From contig CBDBMJ010000001.1 in NCBI GenBank assembly GCA_965207455.1, positions 222,644 through 286,643 of the forward strand: a stretch of DNA of 64,000 bases, read 5' to 3'. The notes under the pieces were generated by a model that saw only the letters and a program-made list of their open reading frames with translations, did not search any database and was not told where the DNA came from. The DNA is from Bdellovibrionota bacterium (GTDB taxonomy: Bacteria; Bdellovibrionota; UBA1018; CAIPTA01; JAALKR01). Positions 10,521 to 18,282 of the stretch are shown piece by piece. The first letter of the stretch is position 1. Each line of letters opens with the position of its first letter. The position numbers were made by a program, and so were the translations under genes.

Positions 10521-11362
10521 TATTCATTCATATTATATTCTTCTCTTATGCTAGTTAACTCTTCATCTCGTGATCTTATTGCTTCTTTTACTGCGTGTTT
10601 TGCTGCTTCAAATTTCTCTCTAGCTGTTCCTTCTTCTGGTAGATCTGCCTCTTCATCCTTTGATATGCTTGAAGAAGAACTGGAAAGAATAGCCTGTAAT
10701 TCTAAATAGGCTGTGTCTATTGATATTTTATAGTTCTTTATTATTGTTATCCATTTCAATTTTGCATAATTTATTTCCGAGATGAATTTTGCTGTTTCGT
10801 CTACTACAGTTTCTCTCGGTGTGCTTGCTATTGCAGTTTCGTCTACTACAGTTTCTCTCGGTGTGCCTGTTACTGCAGTTTCATCTACTACAGTTTCTCT
10901 CGGTGTGCCTGTTACTGCAGTTTCATCTACTACAGTTTCTCTCGGTATGCTTGCTACTACAGGTTTTTCTACTATAGCTTTTTCTACTTCTCTTAGGCTG
11001 TATGGATTGGGCCATAATCTCTCTTTTGCAGCTTCAAGTACTTCCTGTATTTCTTTTACTACAAGTTTTTCGTAATTTACTGTGCTGTATGGATTGACGT
11101 ATGGTTCATCGATTACAGATTCATCTTCTATCATTATTATTGTGCTTCCAGCATCTTCTTCATAGTTTACCTCATTAGATAAGTCGTCTAATTCTGATAT
11201 CTCTACTGGAATATCAGATATTTCTGGTGTCTCTGCATCCAATAAGCTGACTAATTTTGCTTTGCTTTTTTCCGTAATTGCTTTCTCCGAGCATCCGATT
11301 AATGCTATGGAAATCACAAGTGCTGGGATTGCTATTATTATTATATTATTTTGTTTCTTCAT
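10511..11362 (-). CDS. Repeat-containing lipoprotein (island gene B)
   Basis: MKKQNNIIIIAIPALVISIALIGC is a signal peptide with a lipobox (LIG|C). Four 14-aa repeats TPRETVVDETAVTG and an acidic coiled-coil-like C-terminus. Confidence 0.75.
   Translation of the reverse strand: MKKQNNIIIIAIPALVISIALIGCSEKAITEKSKAKLVSLLDAETPEISDIPVEISELDDLSNEVNYEEDAGSTIIMIEDESVIDEPYVNPYSTVNYEKLVVKEIQEVLEAAKERLWPNPYSLREVEKAIVEKPVVASIPRETVVDETAVTGTPRETVVDETAVTGTPRETVVDETAIASTPRETVVDETAKFISEINYAKLKWITIIKNYKISIDTAYLELQAILSSSSSSISKDEEADLPEEGTAREKFEAAKHAVKEAIRSRDEELTSIREEYNMNEYNL
10791..10958 (-). repeat. 4 x 42-bp in-frame tandem repeat inside lipoprotein gene B
   Basis: Units at 10791-10832, 10833-10874, 10875-10916 and 10917-10958 read gc[a/t]gtttc[g/a]tctactacagtttctctcggt[g/a]tgc[c/t]tg[c/t]ta[c/t]t. 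Only a few substitutions separate the copies. Confidence 0.95.
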
Positions 11363-11401
11363 TTTCTTTTCTCCTTTGTTAATTTTTATATTATGTTGGA
11401 A

Positions 11402-11426
11402 TAATTTGTAATATAATTACAAATTA
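11402..11426. repeat. The same 10-bp inverted repeat, TAATTTGTAA-N5-TTACAAATTA, at the gene C/gene B junction
   Basis: The arms are identical to those at 10497-10520. The element overlaps the gene C stop codon (11424-11426) and lies 40 nt upstream of the gene B start. Confidence 0.8.
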
Positions 11427-12557
11427 CTCATCAGTATAGTTCATTAGCATTTTATCGAACTGTTTTTGTTTCAATATCTTTGCTTCTGCTAGTTCGTCGA
11501 TTGTTTCTTTCCATACTATTCTGGCTGTTTTTAGATTCACTCTAGCTATTTCTTCATACGCTCTAGCTATTCCTTCTTCTTTCGAAAGTATTAATTCTTC
11601 TTCTCTTGAATGCATTAATTCTTCTGGCGTTTTCGATTCTTCTGCAGCGATTGTTGTTGAGGCTTGCAGATTTCCTTCAGAGATTATTCCTGTTGAACTT
11701 ATCGCTGCCTCTGATAAGGTCTGCAGCTCTTCTTCAGAGATTATTCCTGTTTCCGCTAAATCTTCGGATCCTCGCATTGCTTGTAGTTCATTCAAGTGAC
11801 GTATTACTTCTGGTGAGGCTTGCAGAGATTTTCCATAGGCTATTACAAGCATTATTTTCAGTGTAGATTTCTTCCTGATCCATACACTTTTGGCCATTTT
11901 TTCTTTATTTTCCAATTCGCGTATACTTCTATCCCATTTATTGTCGAATCTATTTCGCTTAAAGTTAAATTGAGCTAGCTCTTTTTCCTTCAAATGGGCT
12001 ATTTTTTCTGCTAATTCTGATTCCGAGTTGAGTAATTCTCTTCCCTTTGGATTAGAAATCATATCGGCGGCGATGTCGACTAAGTTGTTTAAGCCGTCAG
12101 CTATATTGCTGAAGCCGTCAGCTACATTGACGGAGCCGTCAGCTAAGTTGACGGTACGGTTGAAAAAACTTATGTGAGCTACATTGCCGGCTACGTTGTC
12201 GGAGTCGTCAGCTAAGTTGACGGTACGGTTGAAAAAACTTATGTGAGCTACATTGCCGGCTACGTTGTCGGAGTCGTCAGCTAAGTTGTCAGCTATATTG
12301 CTGAAGACGTCAGCTAAGTTGTCAGCTATATTGCTGAAGCCGTCAGCTAAGTTGTCAGCTAAGTTGTCAGCTAAGTTGTCAGCTAAGTTGACGGTACGGT
12401 TGAAAAAACTTACTTTCTCTTGTTCCGAGTCTAAGTTGGTTAAATCTGATTTGCCCTCTCCTTTAGCCGATTTTGATGTTTCTTTCTGTGAACATCCTGG
12501 TAATGCTATGGTAAGTACAAGTACTAGGATTGTTATTATATTATTTTGTTTCTTCAT
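11424..12557 (-). CDS. Repeat-containing lipoprotein (island gene C), paralog of B and D
   Basis: MKKQNNIITILVLVLTIALPGC lipobox signal. The first 8 residues match gene B. Nested NLAD / FSNIADNLAD / DSDNVAGNVAHISFFNRTVNLAD repeats. SVWIRKKSTL and the C-terminal region resemble gene D. Confidence 0.8.
   Translation of the reverse strand: MKKQNNIITILVLVLTIALPGCSQKETSKSAKGEGKSDLTNLDSEQEKVSFFNRTVNLADNLADNLADNLADGFSNIADNLADVFSNIADNLADDSDNVAGNVAHISFFNRTVNLADDSDNVAGNVAHISFFNRTVNLADGSVNVADGFSNIADGLNNLVDIAADMISNPKGRELLNSESELAEKIAHLKEKELAQFNFKRNRFDNKWDRSIRELENKEKMAKSVWIRKKSTLKIMLVIAYGKSLQASPEVIRHLNELQAMRGSEDLAETGIISEEELQTLSEAAISSTGIISEGNLQASTTIAAEESKTPEELMHSREEELILSKEEGIARAYEEIARVNLKTARIVWKETIDELAEAKILKQKQFDKMLMNYTDE
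12138..12389 (-). repeat. Nested tandem repeats (2 x 69 bp, 2 x 33 bp, 4 x 12 bp) that all begin with gtcagctaagtt
   Basis: 69-bp units at 12138-12206 and 12207-12275. 33-bp units at 12276-12308 and 12309-12341. 12-bp units gtcagctaagtt x4 at 12342-12389. Degenerate copies flank the array out to about 12075-12420. Confidence 0.95.
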
Positions 12558-12602
12558 TTTCTTTTCTCCTTTTTATTTGTTAATTTTCACTATTAAAGCT
12601 GT

Positions 12603-12631
12603 ATTATATATTAATGAATCAAAATAGTCAA
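12603..12631 (-). promoter_or_regulatory. Sigma70-type promoter of lipoprotein gene C
   Basis: The - strand reads TTGACT (12631-12626), a 17-nt spacer, then TATAAT (12608-12603). It is embedded in the conserved block ATAATGCTTGACTATT and lies about 45 nt upstream of the start at 12557. Confidence 0.7.
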
Positions 12632-12712
12632 GCATTATTTTAATTTTTATTGCTCTTTGTCAAATCTTTGTTTTTATTAGTTTAATTCAATTTTTTCTGC
12701 CTTCGATTAGAT

Positions 12713-13574
12713 TTACTGGTCACTATATCTCCCTACTATTTCATCTAGTTTTTCTTGCTTCAAGTTCTCTGCGTTCTCCAGAGCTTTTCTTCTTATCTGC
12801 CACCTTACTTTATCTAGCGCTTCTTCCTTTGCATTGGCTATTGCTTCTGGCTCTACTTCGCCTATTCCATTTGCCTTAATATTGGCTATCGCTTCCTCTT
12901 CGGCATTGGCTATTGCTTCTGGCTCTACTTCGCCTGTTTCATTTGCCTTAATATTGGCTATCGCTTCCTCTTCGGCATTGGCTATCATTTCTTCTGCATT
13001 TGTTAGCTCTTCTTCCATAAGATGAAGTACATCTTCTGGCGTTTGGGGTGCTTCCAGCTTTTTTTCAAGGATCGTTTCTGTTGGATTACTCACTTGCTGA
13101 TCATATACAATCAAATCAAATACCATTCCTGGCTTTTTCGCGTCTTCATTCAACTCTGATTTTCCTAGTGGTAAAATGGTGGTTTCTATCATTTGCCCAT
13201 CGGCGATTTTTTCTAGCAATGAACGGAATTCGATTTCTAACGAGCTTGTTTCTGTCTCTAATTCAGATTCTCCTAGATTGTGCTTTTTTCTTATCCAACT
13301 CGATCTGGTTATTTCTTCCTGATCTTTTAAATAGTTTATTGTTTGTTCCCAAATCAATTCGGTTTGTTTTAACTCTCCTTCAAATTTTGCTAATACTTCT
13401 TTCTTTAAAGTGATCATTTTTTCTTGCGCATCTAAACTCAATTCCAATTTGGTTGGTTCTATTTTGTCCCATCCGGCTCCTGCTTTACTTTCTTTACCTA
13501 GCGTTTTTTTTCTCTGCGCATCCCGGTAAGGCTATAATAAGTACTAGGATTGCTATTATATTGTGTTTTCTCAT
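12713..13574 (-). pseudogene. Lipoprotein paralog D, split by a 1-nt frameshift in an A8 (T8 on +) tract
   Basis: A short ORF at 13574-13494 encodes MRKHNIIAILVLIIALPGCAEKKNAR*, a lipobox signal. The body ORF 12713-13447 stays open in its own frame back to 13531. The two frames meet at T8 13504-13511, and a 7-nt tract would give one 286-aa lipoprotein. Confidence 0.8.
12831..12991 (-). repeat. 2.2 x 72-bp in-frame tandem repeat inside gene D
   Basis: Units at 12831-12902 and 12903-12974, plus a partial copy from 12975. They encode EEEAIANIKAN(G/E)(I/T)GEVEPEAIANA. Confidence 0.93.
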
Positions 13575-13615
13575 TTTTCTTATCTCCATTAATTAACTTT
13601 TACTCTACAAATTGC

Positions 13616-13644
13616 ATTGTACATTAATTAACCATAATAGTCAA
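13616..13644 (-). promoter_or_regulatory. Sigma70-type promoter of lipoprotein gene D
   Basis: The - strand reads TTGACT (13644-13639), a 17-nt spacer, then TACAAT (13621-13616). The surrounding block ATAATACTTGACTATT matches those upstream of genes C and F. Confidence 0.65.
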
Positions 13645-13713
13645 GTATTATTTCGACTTTTCCCAAAAATAAAAGTCGTAAATAGCTGCATATAATAGAT
13701 GTGCTAGTAAAAT

Positions 13714-14295
13714 TTACTTGCCAGTTGTTCTCCTTTGATTATAGCCTTCATCTCTAGCAAGAGCTTTTGACTGAGCCCTTCTATCTCCAATTACTTCTAT
13801 TGCTTGAGGAGCACTGTCTCGACCAAAGCGCCATGATCGCATTTGATCAGAATGGGTTCTAATTTTAGCGGCTTCTTTAGATCGTCTTTCTCCAATTATT
13901 ATTGTGAGGTCGGTTAAATCGTAAATCCCCATTTTCTCTAAATTCACTGAACCTATTTCTCTTCTCAATGATTGATAGTCTTTGAAGTTAGCGATGCAGT
14001 AGAGTGTAATGTATATAGCAATTCCAATAGGTATATTGAGCAAGATAGAAATTCCTGGATAGTTTATTAAGCTGACTCCGAGAATAGCAAAATCGCTAGT
14101 CTCAAAATATTCTTTCTTAAGGCTATAATCATTCCAGCAACGATACTCTCCGTTTCTTATAGAGTGAAATTCATCATCTGTAAGCACACGATATGATCTT
14201 TCTTTTTTAGTATTGCCATTTGATGCATTTACATATTGTGGGATCATAAAGGCTAGACTAAGCAATATACATAATATGTTTTTATTTTTTTTCAT
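13714..14295 (-). CDS. Hypothetical secreted/membrane protein (island gene E)
   Basis: Signal peptide MKKNKNILCILLSLAFMIPQYVNAS resembles that of gene F. An internal hydrophobic pair is present (FAILGVSLINYPGISILLNIPIGIAIYITLYCI). No family recognised. Confidence 0.6.
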   Translation of the reverse strand: MKKNKNILCILLSLAFMIPQYVNASNGNTKKERSYRVLTDDEFHSIRNGEYRCWNDYSLKKEYFETSDFAILGVSLINYPGISILLNIPIGIAIYITLYCIANFKDYQSLRREIGSVNLEKMGIYDLTDLTIIIGERRSKEAAKIRTHSDQMRSWRFGRDSAPQAIEVIGDRRAQSKALARDEGYNQRRTTGK

Positions 14296-14457
14296 TCTTT
14301 CTATTCCTTCACTAGCAACTATATAAAACAGAAACTTGCAAGTATCGTGCCAAAGTTACCTTAAAGGATGATTGGAAGAGGAATTAAAAAGTCCTTTTAT
14401 TTCATATAGATATGCTAAATTTCATGCTTCTGAATTTATAGATACTCTGTGGGATTA

Positions 14458-14477
14458 ACTAAAAAATAGACAGTTGT
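14458..14477. repeat. Left copy of a 20-bp direct repeat (putative target-site duplication) flanking the IS1202-like element
   Basis: ACTAAAAAATAGACAGTTGT is identical to 18283-18302. Confidence 0.85.
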
Positions 14478-14623
14478 CATTGCACAGCGATTCTGTCGTA
14501 TAACTACACAGGGAAACTGTCGGCGCAGATGCGTCAAAAAGGGGGGTTTGATTTCTAGTAAAACAGGCTCTCAAGACAGTATTCACAGCTGTTTTCTGGC
14601 TCTTAGAGGGCCGTACTTTGCTT

Positions 14624-14821
14624 CTAACGGTCTACCTTCTTTTTTGAGAGCCTAGGTGGCAGTGGCCTGCTCTTTTTAAGAGCTGCACGCGTTCTAAGGA
14701 GTATTGTCTGCATATTAAACTTCAGCCATATACGCCGGATGCTCCCATACTGTACATTTAGTTGACACTCTTTCTTTAAATGCAAGAATAATTGCCTTTG
14801 CCCTAGGTAGGGATTCTTCAA
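14624..14821 (-). pseudogene. Transposase-like N-terminal remnant, possibly IS481-type with the HTH at about 14893-15010. Uncertain.
   Basis: 65-aa ORF ...NPYLGQRQLFLHLKKE.QLNVQYGSIRRIWLKFN... lies downstream of the HTH-like segment NVSEAARQSGCSRQTIYNNRK. Together they resemble the N-terminal third of IS481-like transposases, but no catalytic domain follows. Confidence 0.3.
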
Positions 14822-14892
14822 AGAAAAATCAATTACTTTTCTCTCTATGCTCCTTATGCTTTTGGAGGAGTGACTTTTATTGTGATTCTTTT

Positions 14893-15624
14893 TTAAAGCA
14901 CTGGCTCCTTTTCTTTTAAAATTTTTCTATTGTTATAAATAGTTTGCCTTGAACAGCCTGACTGTCTGGCTGCCTCTGATACATTTTGAATCTTGCTTGC
15001 AAGCTCAATAATCTCTAGTTTTCTTTTTGCCTCCATGTCTTTTGCAGAAGGTTTTGAAGGTTCAGTTACCTTAGAAACTATTAATTTCTTGCCTGCAAAA
15101 TGCGCTGTAATTTTTCCTCTAGCATTTATTCGGATTTCAATTTCTTTTTTAGCAATGGAATGTCTTAACTTGGATTCCAATAAATAGATTTTATTCCCAT
15201 AACTAAAGGTATGATCATTTCTAATCTTCCGAGACTATTTCATAATAAAAATACCATTGATGTCTGTGGATAATGGAAGCGGGGTATATTCAGATATAGG
15301 GTTATCTGGTTCCACAATGCAATTTTTCTGCCAATAGGAAGGAAGAAATTTTTTTTGAAAAAACCTGTTTGCTCCCTCTATATTCCGAATGCCAGCCAAT
15401 CTTAGCTCCGGAATTAATCTATCTTGAAGTGTATAGAAAGCTCTTTCTATTCGACCCTTCCCTTGAGGTGAATTTGCAAAAATAATTTCAATGCCTAACT
15501 CCTCACAAGCTCTCTTTACTTGCGAGAAGTTACCGCGCTTTCGACCTCCAAAGAGACCCGCTCTATCAACATACAGCGTTTTAAAAACTCCCTTTTTCTT
15601 AATAACTTCTTTTAAGACTTGCGG
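14893..15624 (-). pseudogene. IS1202/ISNCY-like DDE transposase, C-terminal half (in-frame TAG at 15235-15237)
   Basis: The frame reads PQVLKEVIKKKGVFKTLYVDRAGLFGG...IIFANSPQGKGRIERAFYTLQDRLIPELRLAGI...IFIMK*SRKIRNDHTFSYGNKIYLLESKL...EIEIRINARGKITAHFAGKKLIV. This contains the second D and the E of the DDE triad. Confidence 0.7.
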
Positions 15625-16006
15625 TGGTTTGCAGGGTAGTTGCCCCTTTAAAATTTAAACTACTCCATGTCTAGCAAGATTTTTACCATGTTTCAATAGC
15701 TTAATTTTTAAAATTCTATTTCATTGGGATTTTTCTCTTTTTTACAAGGGGCGACTTTGGCGGCTCCAGCAAGCTGTAAGGCTTGCGCCGCCAGCCGCCT
15801 GTGGTAGGGAAGCAGTTACTCGTATTTCTCAATATCCCGGGAAAAATTTCCGCAGGAGTGCGCTCCTTACAATATTTATCTTGATTCGTAGGCTCTTTGT
15901 TATAAAAATCCATACACACTTATCCAAGCTATCTCGAAGGGGCTTACTGGCTGCTGGCAAGGTGAAAAACAGGTATAGAAGATGCCTATGTCTTACTTGA
16001 GACTAT

Positions 16007-16942
16007 TTAAGCAGTTTTTAACGGATTTAATGTTACAGCTTCTGACCTATCCCAGTTTCTTGTTTTCCCTGACCAACGATTTGGATTTTTTTGTTTTGCT
16101 CGTTCATATACTGCTCGTCTCTTAGTCAATATCTCAACGTCCTCACCCCTTCTGCGACTCCCTTGAGTTACAAAGTTTATACCACTATGAAAGTGCTCTT
16201 CATTATACCAAGGAATAAATTTCTCCATCCATTCCCCACATCCCTCAATAGACTCAAACGGTTTAGAGGGATAGCTTGGATTATATTTTATCGTCCTAAA
16301 AAGAGATTCGGAATAAGGATTATCATCGCTAACTCTCGGTCTATTAAAGGATGGGACCACTCCAAGTCTTTGGAGTGTGGCAAGCATGGTAGCTCCCTTC
16401 ATTGGCCCTCCATTGTCTGAATGAATAGCAAGCTCTCCTTCCTCTATCTTTTCTTGCTTGCATAAACTCAACATCATTTGACTTGATATTTCATCATTTT
16501 GTTCTGTGCTAACTACATAGCCAACGATACTGCGATCAAAGAGATCCATCACTAGGTACAGATAAAAATACATACCTTTTATATTAGTTCTCAAATATGT
16601 TATGTCCCAACTCCAAACTTCATTTGGACCTGTGGATACAAGCTCTCGAGGATTATTAACCTTACTTCCTTCTTTTTGCTTACCTCTATGGACAAGCATT
16701 CCCTCTTCTTTTAGACAACGGTAAAAAGTAGATTCACTGGCTATATACAATCCATCATCAGCTAATGCAGGTACGATCTGTGATGGAGGTTTATCCTGGA
16801 ACTTTTTACTATTTGCTATTTGAAAAATTCTTTTTCTTTCCTCATCACTTAATTTATTTGCTGGAACACTCTTGGGACCCTTCCTCCTATCTCCAACAGG
16901 GTTTTTATTCCAACGTCTGTAGGTTGTGGGGTCTAGTCCCAT
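16007..16942 (-). CDS. IS3-family transposase OrfB (rve/DDE integrase core), probably made as an OrfAB fusion by -1 frameshift
   Basis: WSWDITYL (D), HSDNGGPMKG (D) and SDDNPYSESLFRTIKY (E, 36 residues after the second D). The orfB frame is open upstream to the A11 tract at 17064-17074. Confidence 0.88.
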   Translation of the reverse strand: MGLDPTTYRRWNKNPVGDRRKGPKSVPANKLSDEERKRIFQIANSKKFQDKPPSQIVPALADDGLYIASESTFYRCLKEEGMLVHRGKQKEGSKVNNPRELVSTGPNEVWSWDITYLRTNIKGMYFYLYLVMDLFDRSIVGYVVSTEQNDEISSQMMLSLCKQEKIEEGELAIHSDNGGPMKGATMLATLQRLGVVPSFNRPRVSDDNPYSESLFRTIKYNPSYPSKPFESIEGCGEWMEKFIPWYNEEHFHSGINFVTQGSRRRGEDVEILTKRRAVYERAKQKNPNRWSGKTRNWDRSEAVTLNPLKTA

Positions 16943-17025
16943 CTGTATGCATGCCCTAAAGAGGCGTGCCCCATTAGAGACAGCCTCTTCAATTTTTTCT
17001 AAATAATTTCTCCTATCTTCTAAAC

Positions 17026-17487
17026 CTATTCGTCTTCCTCGTTGCTGCCCCAGATCAGGTCCATTTTTTTTTTTAGAATCAGCAAGGCACTGGCTTCTGC
17101 AAGAGCTTTATCTTTACGACGAATTTCTTTTTCCAAAGTGTGCACTTTCTTCTTCAACTGACGTTTCTCGGAAGGATCTTCTTTTTCACAAAGCTCATGC
17201 CTCCAGTCCGCTATATCTCGATTGAAGAGTCCGTGCTTGCGCAAATAAGCACCTCTATCTTCCTCAGTAATATTTGCAACCTGTTCAATTGCTGCCAGTT
17301 TTTGTTTTTTACTCCAATGTTTATTTCTTTTTTTCATACTAGGTTCTTTACCACATTCCTTTACCCACTTGGAGAGGGTGGGCTGCGATATGCCTACTTT
17401 AAGACTGAGGGCATGGGCACTGGGACCACTAGGAGATAGCATCTTCTGGATCATCGTTTTTTTTATTTCTTCTGAGTATAGCTTCAT
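17026..17487 (-). CDS. IS3-family transposase OrfA (HTH plus leucine-zipper region)
   Basis: HTH GISQPTLSKWVKE, a coiled-coil region KKKVHTLEKEIRRKDKALAEASALLIL, and an A11 tract (T11 on +, 17064-17074) near the 3' end. Confidence 0.85.
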   Translation of the reverse strand: MKLYSEEIKKTMIQKMLSPSGPSAHALSLKVGISQPTLSKWVKECGKEPSMKKRNKHWSKKQKLAAIEQVANITEEDRGAYLRKHGLFNRDIADWRHELCEKEDPSEKRQLKKKVHTLEKEIRRKDKALAEASALLILKKKMDLIWGSNEEDE

Positions 17488-17552
17488 AATAAAGCCTTTC
17501 TCGCCCCCTATTGTTGATAAAAAAACTACGGAATCATGGCTTTTAAGAAAAA

Positions 17553-18160
17553 TCAGCCGGACTCACGCAGATCGTAAAAAGAGGCAACTTCCCTGAAACA
17601 GGGGGCTTGCAAGCAACCAAAACTTGTTTCTGAAGGAAAGAATTTACCAAAAACCTCTCCATTGGCATCATCAATAGTAGCGATCAAGCAAGACTTAGAA
17701 TCTCCGAACCATCTATGTGTACTACCATCCATCTGCAACATGAGACCAGAGCATGCCATACGCTCTCTTCTTTTTCTAAGTTTAGATCGTCTTTTTTTTT
17801 CATTTTCACATGATGTATCTCATGTGCCCACCTTCGAAGCGTTTCTTTATTTATAAAAACACCCTCATCACTTTTTAGCTTTTCTCTGAGATGAGTTAGA
17901 TTAAAATCAAAATATTTTATTTTAATTAAATCTTCAACTTTAGTTCTTACCGAGTCAGCGGTCTTATTGATAGGAGCGCAACCTCTATTTTTATGCAGTA
18001 AATGCAAGGATCCTTTTTCTTTATGTAATCTTAAATATCGTTCAATAGTTCTTATAGATCTATTTAGAAGTTTTGAGGCATTTGGGATTGTTATTTTACC
18101 ATCACAAACCTTTGAAATTGTATCCATTTTTAATTGATCATAACTTGTTATTCTTATCAT
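17553..18160 (-). pseudogene. IS1202/ISNCY-like transposase, N-terminal half (frameshifted at an A9 tract)
   Basis: ORF 17684-18160 has the HTH region NASKLLNRSIRTIERYLRLHKEKG...YFDFNLTHLREKL. After a frame change at T9 17792-17800, the reading continues KKKRRSKLRKRRERMACSGLMLQMDGSTHRWFGDSKSCLIATIDDANGE, which contains the first catalytic D. Confidence 0.72.
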
Positions 18161-18282
18161 AATACTGCACCCTCCTATTTATTTGTAAAATCAGAAGTAC
18201 AGCTTACGAATGCTATTATGGTGCAGTGCGCCCGTCAAATTCCCTTTGTAGTTATGATACGACAGAATCGCTTTGTGATTAC

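Larger units (their letters stand above)
15625..17600 (-). mobile_element. IS3-family insertion sequence (apparently intact) inserted in the IS1202-like transposase gene
   Basis: The ends read TGGTTTGCAGGGTAGTTGCCCCTTT (15625 onward) and TGTTTCAGGGAAGTTGCCTCTTT (reverse complement ending at 17600), fitting the TG...CA termini of IS3. It has orfA/orfB with an A11 slippery tract. Removing 15625-17600 rejoins the host ORF in frame. Confidence 0.75.
14478..18282 (-). mobile_element. IS1202/ISNCY-like insertion sequence (decayed), carrying a nested IS3-family element
   Basis: Imperfect terminal inverted repeats of about 45 bp. The left end is CATTGCACAGCGATTCTGTCGTATAACTACACAGGGAA at 14478 onward. 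The reverse complement of the right end is GTAATCACAAAGCGATTCTGTCGTATCATAACTACAAAGGGAA, ending at 18282. Transposase fragments lie inside, and a 20-bp direct repeat lies immediately outside both ends. Confidence 0.75.

Noticed and set aside
10782-13413. Plus-strand ORFs with striking repeats (10782-11075, 10789-10977, 11606-11866, 12253-12627, 12834-13025, 13048-13413), and the possibility that the tandem repeats form a CRISPR array.
   Set aside because: These are antisense or alternative-frame readings of the in-frame repeats inside lipoprotein genes B, C and D. The - strand genes have signal peptides, RBSs and promoters. The repeats are contiguous with no unique spacers, and their lengths are multiples of 3, so this is not CRISPR.
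15716-15919. 67-aa ORF in the long non-coding arm of the IS3 element.
   Set aside because: It has no RBS and no recognisable motif, and it overlaps the GC-rich structured segment. It is treated as non-coding pending comparison with other IS copies.
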